Assembly: GCA_023442495.1 (NCBI GenBank)
Contig: JAEZZB010000017.1
Coordinates: 1 to 38,817 of the forward strand
Length of the DNA stretch: 38,817 nt
DNA from: Bacillota bacterium
Lineage (GTDB): Bacteria; Bacillota; Clostridia; Tissierellales; Peptoniphilaceae
Reading direction: 5' to 3'
Shown: one piece after another, positions 1-11,524 of the stretch
Layout: each line of letters begins with the position of its first letter
Position numbering within the stretch: the stretch's first letter is position 1
Notes under the pieces: model-generated
What the model was told of the DNA's origin: nothing
What the model saw: only the letters and a program-made list of their open reading frames with translations
Database searches by the model: none
Position numbers and translations under genes: made by a program

Positions 1-946
1 CAAGTATTTCTATTGCTTCTGTGTAAGTTAGTCTCTTGAAATCTGATTCAACTAATTTATTAAGTTTTTCAATAATTCCCTTTTCAACAAATGAATCGAA
101 AAGTTTCATCTCTTCTGGTAATTTATCTAAAACATGACGAATAATATATTTAACCATTTCTTCAGCTAAATCCATAACTTCTGACAGTGTTGCAAATGCT
201 ACTTCTGGTTCAATCATCCAGAATTCTGCAGCATGTCTTGGTGTATTTGAATGTTCAGCTCTAAAAGTTGGACCAAATGTATAAACCTTTGAATAAGCCA
301 TAGCAAATCCTTCAACTTCTAGTTGTCCACTAACGGTTAGATTTGACATAGCTCCAAAGAAATCTTTTGTATAATCTATTTGACCATCTTCATTTCTAGG
401 GGTTTCTTTATCTGGATTAAATGTAGTTACCCTAAACATTTCTCCTGCACCTTCTGCATCCGATGCAGTTATAATTGGAGTATGAATATATACAAATCCT
501 CTTTCATTAAAGAATTTATGAATTGCAAAAGCAAGTTCGCTTCTAACTCTGAAAACTGCATTAAATGCATTTGTTCTCATACGAAGTGATGGCATAGTTC
601 TTAAAAATTCAAATGTATGTCTTTTATTTTGAAGTGGATAATCTTTATCAGATTCACTCAAAATTTCGATTTCTCTTGCTTGAATTTCAAAATCTTGCTT
701 TGCGCCTTCTGGTTCAACTAATAGGCCTTTAACTTTAACTGCTGAATAAATCCCCAATGAAAAAACTTCTTTGAAATTATTCACATTAGATTCTACAACA
801 ACTTGCACATTATTAAAAAATGTTCCGTCATTAATTTCTAAAAATCCTATATTTTTTGATTCTCTAGATTTTTTAATCCATCCATGTATTTCAATTTCTT
901 TTCCTACATAATCTTTATAACTTGTGAATAACTCTTTAATTTCCAT
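1..946 (-). CDS. asnS: Asparagine--tRNA ligase, 5' part (runs off the left edge)
   Basis: Not in the ORF track; translated by hand: [50 protein letters not shown]... with the class IIb motif-2 region VYTFGPTFRAEHSNTPRHAAEFWMIEPEVAF. The ATG at 946 has AAGGAG about 10 nt upstream. The in-frame ATG at 955 is too close to the SD. Confidence 0.96.
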   Translation of the reverse strand, partial: MEIKELFTSYKDYVGKEIEIHGWIKKSRESKNIGFLEINDGTFFNNVQVVVESNVNNFKEVFSLGIYSAVKVKGLLVEPEGAKQDFEIQAREIEILSESDKDYPLQNKRHTFEFLRTMPSLRMRTNAFNAVFRVRSELAFAIHKFFNERGFVYIHTPIITASDAEGAGEMFRVTTFNPDKETPRNEDGQIDYTKDFFGAMSNLTVSGQLEVEGFAMAYSKVYTFGPTFRAEHSNTPRHAAEFWMIEPEVAFATLSEVMDLAEEMVKYIIRHVLDKLPEEMKLFDSFVEKGIIEKLNKLVESDFKRLTYTEAIEIL

Positions 947-2276
947 TTTTCTCATTCTCCTTAATTCTTTCTAATCTTTCATTAATATTTTTTTCATATC
1001 CAATATTTTTCTTATTATAAAAATTTATATCAGTGATTTCTTTTGGTAAATAGATTTGATTTGTATATCCATAATTATAGTCATGTGGATATTTGTATCT
1101 TTCATGATTTGGTATTTCAGTATATCCTACGCTATGACTATCTCTTAAATGTATTGGAATTTCATAATCTTTATTATTTTCAACAAAATTAAGCGCATCA
1201 TTTATGGCAAGATATGCTGAATTTGATTTCGGCGCTAGAGCCATATATATTACAGCATTTGCAAGAATAATTCTCGCTTCTGGAAGTCCAACCACATCAA
1301 TTGATTGAAATGCAGAATTTGCAATATTTATAGCATTAGGATCTGCAAGCCCAATGTCTTCCGATGCCAATATGATTATACGTCTTGCAATAAATTTAAT
1401 ATCTTCTCCCGCATGAAGCATCTTTGCAAGATAATAAATAGCTGCATTGGGATCTGAACCTCTCATTGATTTTATAAATGCAGAAATTGTATTGTAATGC
1501 TCATCTGCACTCTTATCATATACTGCAGCTTTGCTAATAATAGAATTTTGCATAGTCTCTAAATCAAGTATTATTTTACCATTTTTTTCATCAGTTGATA
1601 AGACTGCAATCTCTAAACTATTAAGTAAACTTCTTGCATCACCATTACTAGTTTGAATTAAATAATCTATAGCTCTTTCATCTATTTCTATATCTTTATA
1701 TCCATATCCATTTTCTTTATCCGATAGTGCATTGGCAATAAGTAATCTTAAATCATCATCTTCAAGTCTATTTAATGTTAATACTTGTGATCTAGATATA
1801 AGCGCTTTATTTACTTCAAAATATGGATTTTCTGTAGTTGCCCCTATTAAAACAATAAGACCCGACTCTATATGGGGTAAAAGAGTATCTTGTTGAGATT
1901 TGTTAAATCTATGAATCTCATCAATAAATAGCAAAGTTCTAATTGAATAAATGGATAGATTTTCTTCAGCTCTTTGAACAACAGCTTTTATATCTTTTAC
2001 TCCTGATGATGTAGCTGATAATTCTTGATAATCCATTTTAGTCGTCTTTGCAATAATATATGCTAGAGAAGTTTTGCCAGTTCCTGGCGGTCCATAAAAT
2101 ATCATGGATGAAAGTCTATCGGCTTTTATCATTCTGTTTAATGGTTTATCCTTACCCACCAAATGCTTTTGACCGACAAATTCATTAAGTGTTTTTGGTC
2201 TTAATCTTGACGCAAGAGGTTTATTAATATTTAATTGTTCTTCCTTATTAATTTCAAAAAAGTCTAAATTATCCAT
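936..2276 (-). CDS. rarA: Replication-associated recombination protein A (RarA/MgsA AAA+ ATPase)
   Basis: PLASRLRP, Walker A GPPGTGKT, Walker [42 protein letters not shown], and C-terminal YKYPHDY. Confidence 0.96.
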   Translation of the reverse strand: MDNLDFFEINKEEQLNINKPLASRLRPKTLNEFVGQKHLVGKDKPLNRMIKADRLSSMIFYGPPGTGKTSLAYIIAKTTKMDYQELSATSSGVKDIKAVVQRAEENLSIYSIRTLLFIDEIHRFNKSQQDTLLPHIESGLIVLIGATTENPYFEVNKALISRSQVLTLNRLEDDDLRLLIANALSDKENGYGYKDIEIDERAIDYLIQTSNGDARSLLNSLEIAVLSTDEKNGKIILDLETMQNSIISKAAVYDKSADEHYNTISAFIKSMRGSDPNAAIYYLAKMLHAGEDIKFIARRIIILASEDIGLADPNAINIANSAFQSIDVVGLPEARIILANAVIYMALAPKSNSAYLAINDALNFVENNKDYEIPIHLRDSHSVGYTEIPNHERYKYPHDYNYGYTNQIYLPKEITDINFYNKKNIGYEKNINERLERIKENEKNGN

Positions 2277-2297
2277 TAATACCCTTCAATTCATATT

Positions 2298-2332
2298 AAA
2301 AAGAAATGCCTTATTAAAAAACAAGGCATTTT
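2298..2332 (-). terminator. Probable intrinsic terminator after nrdR
   Basis: Minus strand AAATGCCTTG-TTTTTTAA-TAAGGCATTT followed by CTTTTT. Confidence 0.7.
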
Positions 2333-2335
2333 CAA

Positions 2336-2785
2336 TTAATCTTTTAAGTTTTCAATTTCATCTGCAAATGATTGTACATCGTCAAACTCACGATATACAG
2401 ATGCAAATCTTACATAAGCAATCTTATCGATATTTTTAAGTTTATCCATTACTAATTCACCAATATATGCTGATGTAACTTCTTTTTGATTCAAATGATT
2501 GATTTCAGTTTCAATTTCTTCGACTGCCTTCTCAAGTGTTTCAAGTTCAATAGGTCTTTTTTCACAAGATTTTATCAAACTATTGAGTATTTTAGAACTT
2601 TGGAAAGGCTCTCTTGTTTCATCTTTTTTAATTACAACTACAGTTTGATCTTCAACCCTTTCATAGGTTGTAAATCTTTTTTTACATTTTAAACATTCAC
2701 GTCTACGTCTAATTGATTCGTTGCTATCTGTAGGTCTTGTGTCAATTACTTTTGAATCATGGAAACCACAAAATGGACATTTCAT
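2336..2785 (-). CDS. nrdR: Transcriptional repressor NrdR
   Basis: MKCPFC...IRRRRECLKCKKRFTTYE zinc ribbon, ATP cone, AYVRFASVYREF. Confidence 0.98.
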   Translation of the reverse strand: MKCPFCGFHDSKVIDTRPTDSNESIRRRRECLKCKKRFTTYERVEDQTVVVIKKDETREPFQSSKILNSLIKSCEKRPIELETLEKAVEEIETEINHLNQKEVTSAYIGELVMDKLKNIDKIAYVRFASVYREFDDVQSFADEIENLKD

Positions 2786-2807
2786 ATTTATATCCTATCT
2801 ATATTAA

Positions 2808-3848
2808 TTATTTTAAAAAATCAGGAATCACAAATCCTCCATCATTCTTGTCTGTGTTAGTTTTTCTAGTACTTTCAGTTGAAGATACAATTTTTCTATT
2901 ATCAAATCCTGTACCAATAACAGTTATCTTGATTTCGTCTTTTAATGATTCATCTAAACCAGCACCAAATATGATGTTTGCATCTGAATCGATTTGTTCT
3001 CTAATTAATTCTGAAGCTTCGTTGATTTCAAAGATTCCTAAATCAGCTCCTGAAATATTAATTAATACAGCTTTAGCTCCATCAATTGATGTTTCAAGTA
3101 AAGGTGATTTGATTGCTTGTTTTGCAGCTTCGGTTGCTCTATTTTCACCTGTTGCATAACCAATGCCCATGTGAGCAACTCCTTGGTCTTTCATTACTGA
3201 TTCAACGTCAGCGAAGTCTAAATTGATTAAAGCTGGAACAGCAATTAGGTCTGAAATACCTTTAACACCATCTAAAATAACTTTATCTGCCATCTTAAAT
3301 GCATCAACCATTGATGTTCTCTTTTCAGAAATTTGTAGTAATCTATCATTTGGCACAACAATTAATGTATCAACATTTTTCTTTAATCTTTCGATACCTT
3401 GTTCTGCTTGATTTTGTCTTGTACGACCTTCAAATGTAAATGGTCTTGTTACAACTGCAACAGTTAAAATACCCATATCTTTAGCTAATTGTGCAACTAC
3501 TGGAGCAGCTCCTGTACCTGTACCACCACCCATACCAGCAGTTACAAATACCATATCTGCACCTTCAAGAACAGATTCGATTTCTTGTTTACTTTCATCA
3601 GCAGCTTTTTCACCAGTTTCTGGATGTCCACCAGAACCTAATCCTTTAGTAAGTTTTTGACCAATTTGTAAAGTCTTGTCTGAATTCATAGAATCAAGTA
3701 TTTGTTTATCTGTATTAATAGCGATAAATTCTACACCAGTTAATCCACTATCTTTCATTCTTCTGATAGCATTGTTTCCACCGCCACCTACACCAATAAC
3801 TTTAATCTTAGCTAAACCATTATTAACTTCCATATCGAAATTACTCAT
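2808..3848 (-). CDS. ftsZ: Cell division GTPase FtsZ
   Basis: [11 protein letters not shown], tubulin signature GGGTGTG, INLDFAD, and C-terminal core peptide IPDFLK. Confidence 0.99.
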   Translation of the reverse strand: MSNFDMEVNNGLAKIKVIGVGGGGNNAIRRMKDSGLTGVEFIAINTDKQILDSMNSDKTLQIGQKLTKGLGSGGHPETGEKAADESKQEIESVLEGADMVFVTAGMGGGTGTGAAPVVAQLAKDMGILTVAVVTRPFTFEGRTRQNQAEQGIERLKKNVDTLIVVPNDRLLQISEKRTSMVDAFKMADKVILDGVKGISDLIAVPALINLDFADVESVMKDQGVAHMGIGYATGENRATEAAKQAIKSPLLETSIDGAKAVLINISGADLGIFEINEASELIREQIDSDANIIFGAGLDESLKDEIKITVIGTGFDNRKIVSSTESTRKTNTDKNDGGFVIPDFLK

Positions 3849-3904
3849 TTTTTTTCCTCCAAATTTTAGTACACATTTTAAATCTACATTAATATCTATG
3901 TTAC

Positions 3905-3934
3905 ATTATATCAATACTTTAACATATTTGTAAA
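3905..3934 (-). promoter_or_regulatory. Putative sigma-A promoter for ftsZ
   Basis: Minus strand TTTACA (3934-3929), 18 nt, TATAAT (3910-3905) with extended -10 TG, in the ftsW-ftsZ gap. Confidence 0.6.
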
Positions 3935-3944
3935 CATTTTTATA

Positions 3945-5141
3945 CTATTTCAAATTTTTATTTTTCTTTTCTTTTGTTAATTCATAATTATTGAATCTAG
4001 AAATGTTCAATACTACCCCAAACATCACACAAAAAGCAAGTATTGAAGTACCTCCATTTGATATAAATGGGAGTGTTATACCCGTATTCGGTATTAAACT
4101 CAATGAAACTCCAATATTTACTAGTGATTGTATCACATAAATCATTCCAATACCTAAACATAAAAATTTAGCGAAAATATCTTTTGATTTTAGAGCTTCT
4201 CTTATTGTAATATATGCAATTGTCATTATTAATAATATAACTATTACAGAACCAATAAACCCAAATTCTTCACTTATAACTGAAAATATCATATCGTTAT
4301 GTACTTCTGTTGCAAGATATCCGTTTTTATAAATAGATCTACCATAGCCTTGACCAAGTACTCCACCTCGAGATACAGCAAATAATCCATTTAATACTTG
4401 CCATGATAAATCGCTATAATGTAATTCAGGATTTAAAAATGCAGTAAATCTATTAATTTGATATTGTTCTAAATTTTTATATAATACAAAAACTGCCACT
4501 ATTCCAATTAAAACAATTGGAATTAAATGCTTAGACTTTAGTCCACCTACTAAATACATAATCGAAAGCGATAAAATTAAAACTAATGATGTTGATAAAT
4601 CTGTTTGGAATAGAATAAGTATAAAAGGTATCCCGATTATTAAACCAGCTGGTATAACTGACCTACTAAAATATTCCATATTTTTTTGATTATTTGCAAG
4701 AAAAGTAGCAAGCATTATAATCGTTGTCAATTTAGCAATATCAGAAGGCATAAAACGTATTCCAAGATTTATAGCTCTTCTTGCTCCATTTACTGAAACA
4801 GAAAAAGGCGGTATATATACTAATATTAATAAGAGTATAGAAATCACATAAAATAAAAATGCATATTTTTTATAAAATTTATAATTGATTTTAGATACTA
4901 TAAACATCATAACTATACCAATTATAAAAAATAAACTTTGTCTTACTACATAATAATATCTATTTAAATTATATTTAATGGTCAAATAGGAAGAAGCTGA
5001 AAGTAAAAATGCTAATCCCAAGATCCCAATAAATACTATAAAAATAAAAAGATAAATATTTAATTTTGATGATTTTTGTTCATAATTCCAATATCTATTG
5101 ATAATGATATTTAAATTATTTATTTTCTTTTTTCTTCTCAT
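3945..5141 (-). CDS. ftsW: SEDS family peptidoglycan polymerase FtsW/RodA/SpoVE
   Basis: About 10 TM segments; GxGxG region (GVLGQGYG), HNDMIFS with the conserved Asp, EEFGF, and P.TGITLPFIS.GGTS. Located between murD and ftsZ. Confidence 0.9.
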   Translation of the reverse strand: MRRKKKINNLNIIINRYWNYEQKSSKLNIYLFIFIVFIGILGLAFLLSASSYLTIKYNLNRYYYVVRQSLFFIIGIVMMFIVSKINYKFYKKYAFLFYVISILLLILVYIPPFSVSVNGARRAINLGIRFMPSDIAKLTTIIMLATFLANNQKNMEYFSRSVIPAGLIIGIPFILILFQTDLSTSLVLILSLSIMYLVGGLKSKHLIPIVLIGIVAVFVLYKNLEQYQINRFTAFLNPELHYSDLSWQVLNGLFAVSRGGVLGQGYGRSIYKNGYLATEVHNDMIFSVISEEFGFIGSVIVILLIMTIAYITIREALKSKDIFAKFLCLGIGMIYVIQSLVNIGVSLSLIPNTGITLPFISNGGTSILAFCVMFGVVLNISRFNNYELTKEKKNKNLK

Positions 5142-6459
5142 ATTCTTGTACTATATTTTTGAAATGTTTTCCTCTATCAATATAATTTTTATACATATCC
5201 CATGATGCACAAGCTGGTGATAACAAGACTATATCCCCTTCTTTAGCCAATTTAAATACATTTTGCATTGCTACATCTAAATTATTTACTACAATTGTAT
5301 TTTCTATTTTTTTTCTTTTTGCAGCTTCATTTATTTTTTGAGCCGTTTCTCCAAATGCTATCAAATATTTTATATTTGAAACATTCTCAAATAAATCATC
5401 AAACTCTATTTTTTTATCATATCCACCAGCAAGTAAAATAATATTATTTTTAAATCCTGTAAGAGCTTTTCTGGTAGAGTCAATATTTGTTCCTTTAGAG
5501 TCATTATAATATTTTACACCATCTATTTCTAATACGAATTCAATTCTATGTTCTATTGATTTAAAAGTTTTAATTCCTTTTACAATTTCATCAAATGTTA
5601 ATCCATAAGCTCTACATGCAAGTACTGCACTTAATATATTTGATACATTGTGGTCACCTACTAAATTAATAATATTCCTATTAAATTTAGCTTCACCATT
5701 TATGATATATTTTCCATTAAAATAGCAATCTGCTTCTTCTTTTAATGAAAAATATTTAATATTAGAAATAACATTGATTTTTTTTAAGATTTCATCATCT
5801 TTATTTAAAATTAAATAATCAGTTGGTTCAATATTTTTATAAATATTTTTCTTTGCATTTACATAATTTTTAAAGTTTCCGTGCCAATCTATATGATCTG
5901 GACTTATATTAGTGATTATAGAAATTTTAGCTCTAAAATCAACAATACTTTCTAATTGAAAACTTGATACTTCAATTACATATGTATAATCAAGTCCATA
6001 ATTGTACATTTCATATAATAGCCCAACTCCTATATTACCAACCGCACGCACTTTTCTTCCTGATTCTTCCAATATATGTGCAATAGCAGAAGTAACTGTA
6101 GTTTTCCCATTTGTTCCAGTAATCGCAATAAAATTATCACCACCATATAATCTATAAGCAAGTTCAATATCAGTTATAACTTCTATGCCTTTAGAAATGG
6201 CTTGTTGTATAAGATGATTTTCCATTTTTATTCCTGGACTCTTTAACAAGCAATACAATTCATTCCATGGAATATCTACATCTTCTTGAATTATTTCAAA
6301 ATTATATTCATCTATTGAATATACATCTTGTCTAAGTTCTTCATATTCTCTATCATCAAATATTAATACTTCAGCTCCCATATTTGATAAAGCTTTTACA
6401 CTAGATTTTCCTGAAATACCTAAGCCGAATACTAATATTTTTTTATTTTTTATTTCCAT
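5116..6459 (-). CDS. murD: UDP-N-acetylmuramoyl-L-alanine--D-glutamate ligase
   Basis: GLGISG, KSPGI, ITGTNGKTT, EVSSFQL, DHIDWH, HRIEFV, NDSKGTN, LLSPACASWD. Confidence 0.97.
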   Translation of the reverse strand: MEIKNKKILVFGLGISGKSSVKALSNMGAEVLIFDDREYEELRQDVYSIDEYNFEIIQEDVDIPWNELYCLLKSPGIKMENHLIQQAISKGIEVITDIELAYRLYGGDNFIAITGTNGKTTVTSAIAHILEESGRKVRAVGNIGVGLLYEMYNYGLDYTYVIEVSSFQLESIVDFRAKISIITNISPDHIDWHGNFKNYVNAKKNIYKNIEPTDYLILNKDDEILKKINVISNIKYFSLKEEADCYFNGKYIINGEAKFNRNIINLVGDHNVSNILSAVLACRAYGLTFDEIVKGIKTFKSIEHRIEFVLEIDGVKYYNDSKGTNIDSTRKALTGFKNNIILLAGGYDKKIEFDDLFENVSNIKYLIAFGETAQKINEAAKRKKIENTIVVNNLDVAMQNVFKLAKEGDIVLLSPACASWDMYKNYIDRGKHFKNIVQEYEKKKENK

Positions 6460-6467
6460 TTATTTTC

Positions 6468-7415
6468 CTATGCTAAATATATAGTTAATAGTGCAAGCAT
6501 AACGCTAATCACTTGGAAAGCTGCAACTATCTTAGTTTCCTTATGTCCTTTTAGTTCAAAGTGATGATGAATAGGACTCATCAAAAACACTCTTTTTCCT
6601 GTTTTTTTATATGAAATTACTTGAATTATAACAGATAAAGCTTCTACTAAATAAACACCTGCTAGAAAAATTAAATAAATTGGTTTATTTAATATTATAA
6701 CCATAGAAACAACTGCTCCACCTATTGCCATAGAACCAGTATCTCCCATAAATATAGATGCTGGATTTGAATTAAATACTAAAAATCCTATCAATACTCC
6801 AACAAATATTAATGCTGATTGAGTAATTTCAGGATTAAATCCTATTGACATTACAGCAATCGCTATAAATATAGGAATAGAAACTGATGATAACAATCCA
6901 TCAAGTCCATCAGAAAGATTTGCTGCATTTACAGTACCTACCATAATAAACATAATTAATGGTATAGCAAATATTCCAATATTTAAAGTATTTTTGAAAA
7001 ATGGTATATCAAGTTCTCCTATATTTATATCTAATACAAAATATTGTATTGTAGTCAATATAAAAGCTATTAAAAATTGTAAAATTAACTTTTGTCTTGC
7101 ATTTAATCCAAGATTTCTTCCATTTGATATTTTTTCGTAATCATCGATAAAACCTATAAATCCATATAAGAAAGTTGTTAATAAAACAAATAATATATTT
7201 TTATTAAATTTCACAGAAATCAAATTTACTAATATAAAAACTAGAGTAAAAGCGAATCCACCCATAGTAGGTGTTCCAGCTTTTTTATAATGTTCTATAT
7301 TTCCTTCTTCTCTAATCGGTTGACCAAAATTTCTTCCTTTAAGAAAGGGTATTAAAAAGTATATTGACGCTATTGATAATAATATAGATACAATAGTCGA
7401 TAATATTATATTCAT
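6468..7415 (-). CDS. mraY: Phospho-N-acetylmuramoyl-pentapeptide transferase
   Basis: KAGTPTMGG, GFIDDY, NLSDGLDGL, FMGDTGS, PIHHHFE. Confidence 0.98.
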   Translation of the reverse strand: MNIILSTIVSILLSIASIYFLIPFLKGRNFGQPIREEGNIEHYKKAGTPTMGGFAFTLVFILVNLISVKFNKNILFVLLTTFLYGFIGFIDDYEKISNGRNLGLNARQKLILQFLIAFILTTIQYFVLDINIGELDIPFFKNTLNIGIFAIPLIMFIMVGTVNAANLSDGLDGLLSSVSIPIFIAIAVMSIGFNPEITQSALIFVGVLIGFLVFNSNPASIFMGDTGSMAIGGAVVSMVIILNKPIYLIFLAGVYLVEALSVIIQVISYKKTGKRVFLMSPIHHHFELKGHKETKIVAAFQVISVMLALLTIYLA

Positions 7416-7416
7416 T

Positions 7417-9669
7417 CTATTCTCCTAAATTAATTGTTATTTCTTCTTCAATATTGATAATATCATTTGGATTTGCACTTTGTTTTATAATTTTTTTACC
7501 TTCGCCATTTATACTATATTTTATATAATTATCTTCTAAAATATTTCTAGCTTCATCTAAATCCATTCCTACTAGATTTGGCATAGAAATAGAATTATTA
7601 GTTTCAAGTTTTATAACTGAATTTATTTCAATTGAATTATTTGTAGTAGGATATTGAGAAGAAATTATATGATATTCTCCATAGTTACCTTCAATATTAA
7701 CTTTTAAATTTGCATCTTCTAAAATTCTGATTGCTTCTTTTACAGTTTTATTTGTAACATCTGGTATTTGTACTAATTCTTTATCATTATTCACAATGAT
7801 AGCATTTTCTTTATCATATTCTACAAGATCATACATAATTTTTTTCGCTACTGGTAGTGCTGTAGTTGAAGAAGTTGTTTTATTTAAAGGTTCATCCACC
7901 ACTACTAATAAAGAATATTTTGGATTAGAGGCAGGATAAGTAACATATATAGAAGTTCTTGCATCTATATTATCCTTAGTATCATCACGTAAAGGATTTT
8001 CTAATTTATTTTTATATGCTGTCCCCGTTTTAGCTCCAAATTTTAAGTCCTCAGTATTCAGTCCATAATCATCAGCAGTATATTCCATATATCCATTAAT
8101 TTCTTTACTTGTTGATGCTGAGATAGTTTTACCTTTGTATTCACTTTTAATCTCATAAAGAACTTTACCATTTTTATCTGTAATTTTAGATCCAATATGT
8201 GGTTTATAATAACTACCACCATTTACCGTTGAATTCAATGTTGCTATAAATTGCACTGGATTTACAGTTGCATAATAACCAAAACTTAGTGTTCCATAGT
8301 CTACATCAGTTAAAGAAGTATCTTTTGGATAAAAACCTTGAGCTTCATTTGGTAAATCAATTCCAGATAATATACCAAGCCTAAATTGTTTAGCATATTT
8401 AATATATCTTGATTTTGTAATATCTTCTGCAAGTTGTGCATATACAGGGTTTGATGAATTTTTAAATGCTTCTTTTAGATTTTGTGGACCAAATGGATCC
8501 CAATATCTCCAAGATTTAATTACAGCATCATCACCAATTTTATAATAACCGTCATCATTATATATCTTATTTTTTAATGAATTTTCTGACTCAAGAGCTA
8601 TAGCTGATGTTATAATTTTGTATACAGAACCTGGTTCATATTGCATTGAAACAGCGTCATTATTCCATCTTGAAACTAAATAGTCAGCTTTTTTATCTTC
8701 ATCTAAACTCTTTAAAATTAATTCATCAATATCTTCATTAAATGTTCTAGGTGAATTGGCATCAAAGCTTGGCAAATTCTCTATTGCTAAAATTTCACCA
8801 TTATTAGGATCTGATAAAACAGCTGTAAGTGAATAAGGTGTTAAGTCAAAAAAAGCCTCTTTTAGTCTATTATATAAAATTTTTTGAAGATTAATATCAA
8901 TTGAAGTTACAAGATTATATGCATCTTTAGGCTCATATGACTGATTTTTGGTATATGGGATTTCGGTACCTTGTATTGCCTTAAAATATTCTTTGTATCC
9001 CGCAATTCCTGATAATACTTCATCATATTGCTTTTCAAGGCCATAATTTGCCACTTTATCTTCTTCCAGAAAACCAAGTGTACTTGATAATATCTCTCCA
9101 TTCGGATAATATCTATCATTTTGTGACACAAAAACTAAATAGTTTAAATTTAATAATTCTATTTGAGCCTTTTGAGCTCTATTTAATGATCTATATATAT
9201 ATCCTTCTCGACCATTTTCAACCATATTAAATATTTTTTTTGAATCTAAATTTAATATTTTACATATTTTCTCTATGTCTTCGTCTTCATACATTGGTAT
9301 CGAAGATAACTTTGTATAATATTCCTGATCTTCTTTTGATAATTTATTAAATTTTTCTAAATCAAGTCTTATTCTATCTGCTTCTTCACTTTTTTCCTTT
9401 GAAGTAACTGGTAATAAATATAGACTTTCAATATTCTGAGTAATTGCTAAAGGGTTATTATTTCTATCTAAAATATTTCCTCTTTTTGGCTGTATTGTTT
9501 CTCCAATCATGGAAACATTTTCACCCTTTGATTTATAATCATATGCATCTAATACTTGTAGTCTAAATAATCTAAATATAAATATGAAAGTAAAAAATGC
9601 TAGAAACAATATTAATAATCTGATTTTATCATTTGTTTTTAGCATTTTTCTATTTTTGTTATTTTTCAT
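7417..9669 (-). CDS. Class B penicillin-binding protein (FtsI/PBP2x/SpoVD-like) with two C-terminal PASTA domains
   Basis: N-terminal TM; RGNILDRN; SxxK (EPGSVYK), SxN (SSN) and KTG (AKTGT); two PASTA-like repeats (IPDVTNKTVKEA, MPNLVGMDLDEA); dcw position between ftsL and mraY. Confidence 0.92.
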   Translation of the reverse strand: MKNNKNRKMLKTNDKIRLLILFLAFFTFIFIFRLFRLQVLDAYDYKSKGENVSMIGETIQPKRGNILDRNNNPLAITQNIESLYLLPVTSKEKSEEADRIRLDLEKFNKLSKEDQEYYTKLSSIPMYEDEDIEKICKILNLDSKKIFNMVENGREGYIYRSLNRAQKAQIELLNLNYLVFVSQNDRYYPNGEILSSTLGFLEEDKVANYGLEKQYDEVLSGIAGYKEYFKAIQGTEIPYTKNQSYEPKDAYNLVTSIDINLQKILYNRLKEAFFDLTPYSLTAVLSDPNNGEILAIENLPSFDANSPRTFNEDIDELILKSLDEDKKADYLVSRWNNDAVSMQYEPGSVYKIITSAIALESENSLKNKIYNDDGYYKIGDDAVIKSWRYWDPFGPQNLKEAFKNSSNPVYAQLAEDITKSRYIKYAKQFRLGILSGIDLPNEAQGFYPKDTSLTDVDYGTLSFGYYATVNPVQFIATLNSTVNGGSYYKPHIGSKITDKNGKVLYEIKSEYKGKTISASTSKEINGYMEYTADDYGLNTEDLKFGAKTGTAYKNKLENPLRDDTKDNIDARTSIYVTYPASNPKYSLLVVVDEPLNKTTSSTTALPVAKKIMYDLVEYDKENAIIVNNDKELVQIPDVTNKTVKEAIRILEDANLKVNIEGNYGEYHIISSQYPTTNNSIEINSVIKLETNNSISMPNLVGMDLDEARNILEDNYIKYSINGEGKKIIKQSANPNDIINIEEEITINLGE

Positions 9670-9678
9670 TTTTCACCA

Positions 9679-10125
9679 CTATCTAAACAAGTCAGTTAAT
9701 TCAGAAATAATGGATTTATTTTCTTCAGTGTCTTCGCTATTAAAACCAACTTGTGTATCTTTATTTTCTTTATCAAGTTTTACGATATTTTCATCGGTTG
9801 GATATATCATACCAAGTCTTGAAATAGCAATTTTCTCTATTTTTTTATCAGAATTGCTATTTTCTAGAATCTCTTGTATCGAACTTAATTCAATTTGTAA
9901 TTCTTCATTACTAGAATTCAATATAAGATTATTGCTACTTATACTAAGCATATCTGTATATCCTACACTCAATAATATAATTAAAGCTAAAGTAATGCAA
10001 GCATTAATGGAAATAATTACTTTTTTCATATTAGAATAATAGATAAATTTTGATCTTTTACTAATTTTTTTTCTAGAATTCTCTCTAGTATTCGGTTTTA
10101 TTTCTATTAATCTAATTTCTTCCAT
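9679..10125 (-). CDS. ftsL: FtsL-like cell division protein
   Basis: Basic N-terminus, one TM, heptad coiled coil, IEKIAISRLGMIYP motif; canonical position rsmH-ftsL-pbp. Confidence 0.72.
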   Translation of the reverse strand: MEEIRLIEIKPNTRENSRKKISKRSKFIYYSNMKKVIISINACITLALIILLSVGYTDMLSISSNNLILNSSNEELQIELSSIQEILENSNSDKKIEKIAISRLGMIYPTDENIVKLDKENKDTQVGFNSEDTEENKSIISELTDLFR

Positions 10126-10133
10126 GGTCGCCT

Positions 10134-11069
10134 CTATATTTTTTCTGCTACTCTTAATTTTGCTGATCTTGATCTATTATTTCTATCTAATTCCTCTTCG
10201 CTAGCAACAACAGGTTTCTTTGTAATAACTTTTATTTTTTCTTTTTTGTTACATACACAGATAGGAAAATCTGGTGGACATGTGCATCCTTGAGCTAATT
10301 CCTTAAAATTTGTTTTAACTATTCTATCTTCGAGTGAATGGAATGTTATAATAGCAAGTCTTCCACCAAGTTTTAATCTTTCTACTGATGAGTATATTCC
10401 TGTCTCCAATACATCTAGCTCATTATTTACCTCAATTCTAATAGCTTGAAATATCTTTTTTGCAGGATGCTTGCCTTGCATTCTCACCTTTTTAGGAATT
10501 GCCATTTTAATAATCTCCACTAACTCAAAAGTAGTTTCTATCTCTTTTTTTTCTCTTTCTTTTACGATAAATTCTGCAATTCTCATTCCCCATTTTTCTT
10601 CACCATAGTTCCAAAAAATAGTTTCTAATTCTTCTTTAGAATATTTATTTACTACATCTTTAGCAGTCAATTCTTGACTTTGATCCATTCTCATATCAAG
10701 TGGCGCATCTTGATGATACGAGAATCCACGTTTTCCTTCATCAAGTTGATAACTTGAAACACCTATATCCATCAAGACACCGTCTACGTAATCTATCCCT
10801 AATGAATCTAAAATTTGACCAATATATGCATAATTGCATTTGATAAAATATACTTGATCTTTGTAATCTTTAAGTCTTTTAGTCGCTGTTATTAAAGCCT
10901 CTTCATCTTGATCAATTGCAACTAATTTACCATTTGGTCCAACTCTTTTAAGAATTTCAATTGAATGGCCTGCTCCACCAACCGTGCAGTCAACATATAT
11001 TCCATTTTCTTTTATGTTAAGTGCTTCTATTGTTTCCTTTAATAGCACTGGCTCATGATTAAAATTCAT
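10134..11069 (-). CDS. rsmH: 16S rRNA m4C1402 methyltransferase RsmH (MraW)
   Basis: [61 protein letters not shown]. Confidence 0.98.
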   Translation of the reverse strand: MNFNHEPVLLKETIEALNIKENGIYVDCTVGGAGHSIEILKRVGPNGKLVAIDQDEEALITATKRLKDYKDQVYFIKCNYAYIGQILDSLGIDYVDGVLMDIGVSSYQLDEGKRGFSYHQDAPLDMRMDQSQELTAKDVVNKYSKEELETIFWNYGEEKWGMRIAEFIVKEREKKEIETTFELVEIIKMAIPKKVRMQGKHPAKKIFQAIRIEVNNELDVLETGIYSSVERLKLGGRLAIITFHSLEDRIVKTNFKELAQGCTCPPDFPICVCNKKEKIKVITKKPVVASEEELDRNNRSRSAKLRVAEKI

Positions 11070-11090
11070 ATCAAATCCTTATCTCATTTA

Positions 11091-11522
11091 CTAGATATCT
11101 AATTCTTCAAAATCTTCGATTATATTCTCATAATCCATATCTTGAGAATTAATATATTCTTCATATCTTTCTTTATCCCAAATTTCAATTCTAGAAGATA
11201 CACCAATAATTGTTGCTTCTTTATTTATTCCTGCATACTCTCTTAAATTCTGTGGTATTACTATTCTTCCTTGTTTGTCAAATTCTAATTCTCTTGCAGG
11301 CGCATAAAAAATTCTCTCAAATTGTCTTGCTTTTTTGGATGTTAGTCTTAATTGTTTGGTTTTTTCTTCAAGCAGTTTCCATGATTCCTTGTCATATACA
11401 AATATGCAACCTTCCATTCCTTTGGTAACATAAAAACTAAAGCCAAGCTCTTCTCTAAATAGAGATGGCATAATTACTCTTCCTTTGTTATCAATTGAAT
11501 GGGTATATTCTCCTATATACAT
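11091..11522 (-). CDS. mraZ: Transcriptional regulator MraZ (143 aa; start corrected from 11552)
   Basis: MYIGEYTHSIDNKGRVIMP...DKQGRIVIP...IEIWD. The ATG at 11522 gives the typical length. The ORF-track start is a GTG inside the operator repeats. Confidence 0.96.
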   Translation of the reverse strand: MYIGEYTHSIDNKGRVIMPSLFREELGFSFYVTKGMEGCIFVYDKESWKLLEEKTKQLRLTSKKARQFERIFYAPARELEFDKQGRIVIPQNLREYAGINKEATIIGVSSRIEIWDKERYEEYINSQDMDYENIIEDFEELDI

Positions 11523-11524
11523 AA

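Noticed and set aside
380..589. Plus-strand 69-aa ORF
   Set aside because: Antisense shadow of asnS, which occupies the minus strand here.
2486..3933. Several plus-strand ORFs (2486, 2737, 3223, 3676)
   Set aside because: Antisense to nrdR and ftsZ; typical open shadow frames with no SD or protein motifs.
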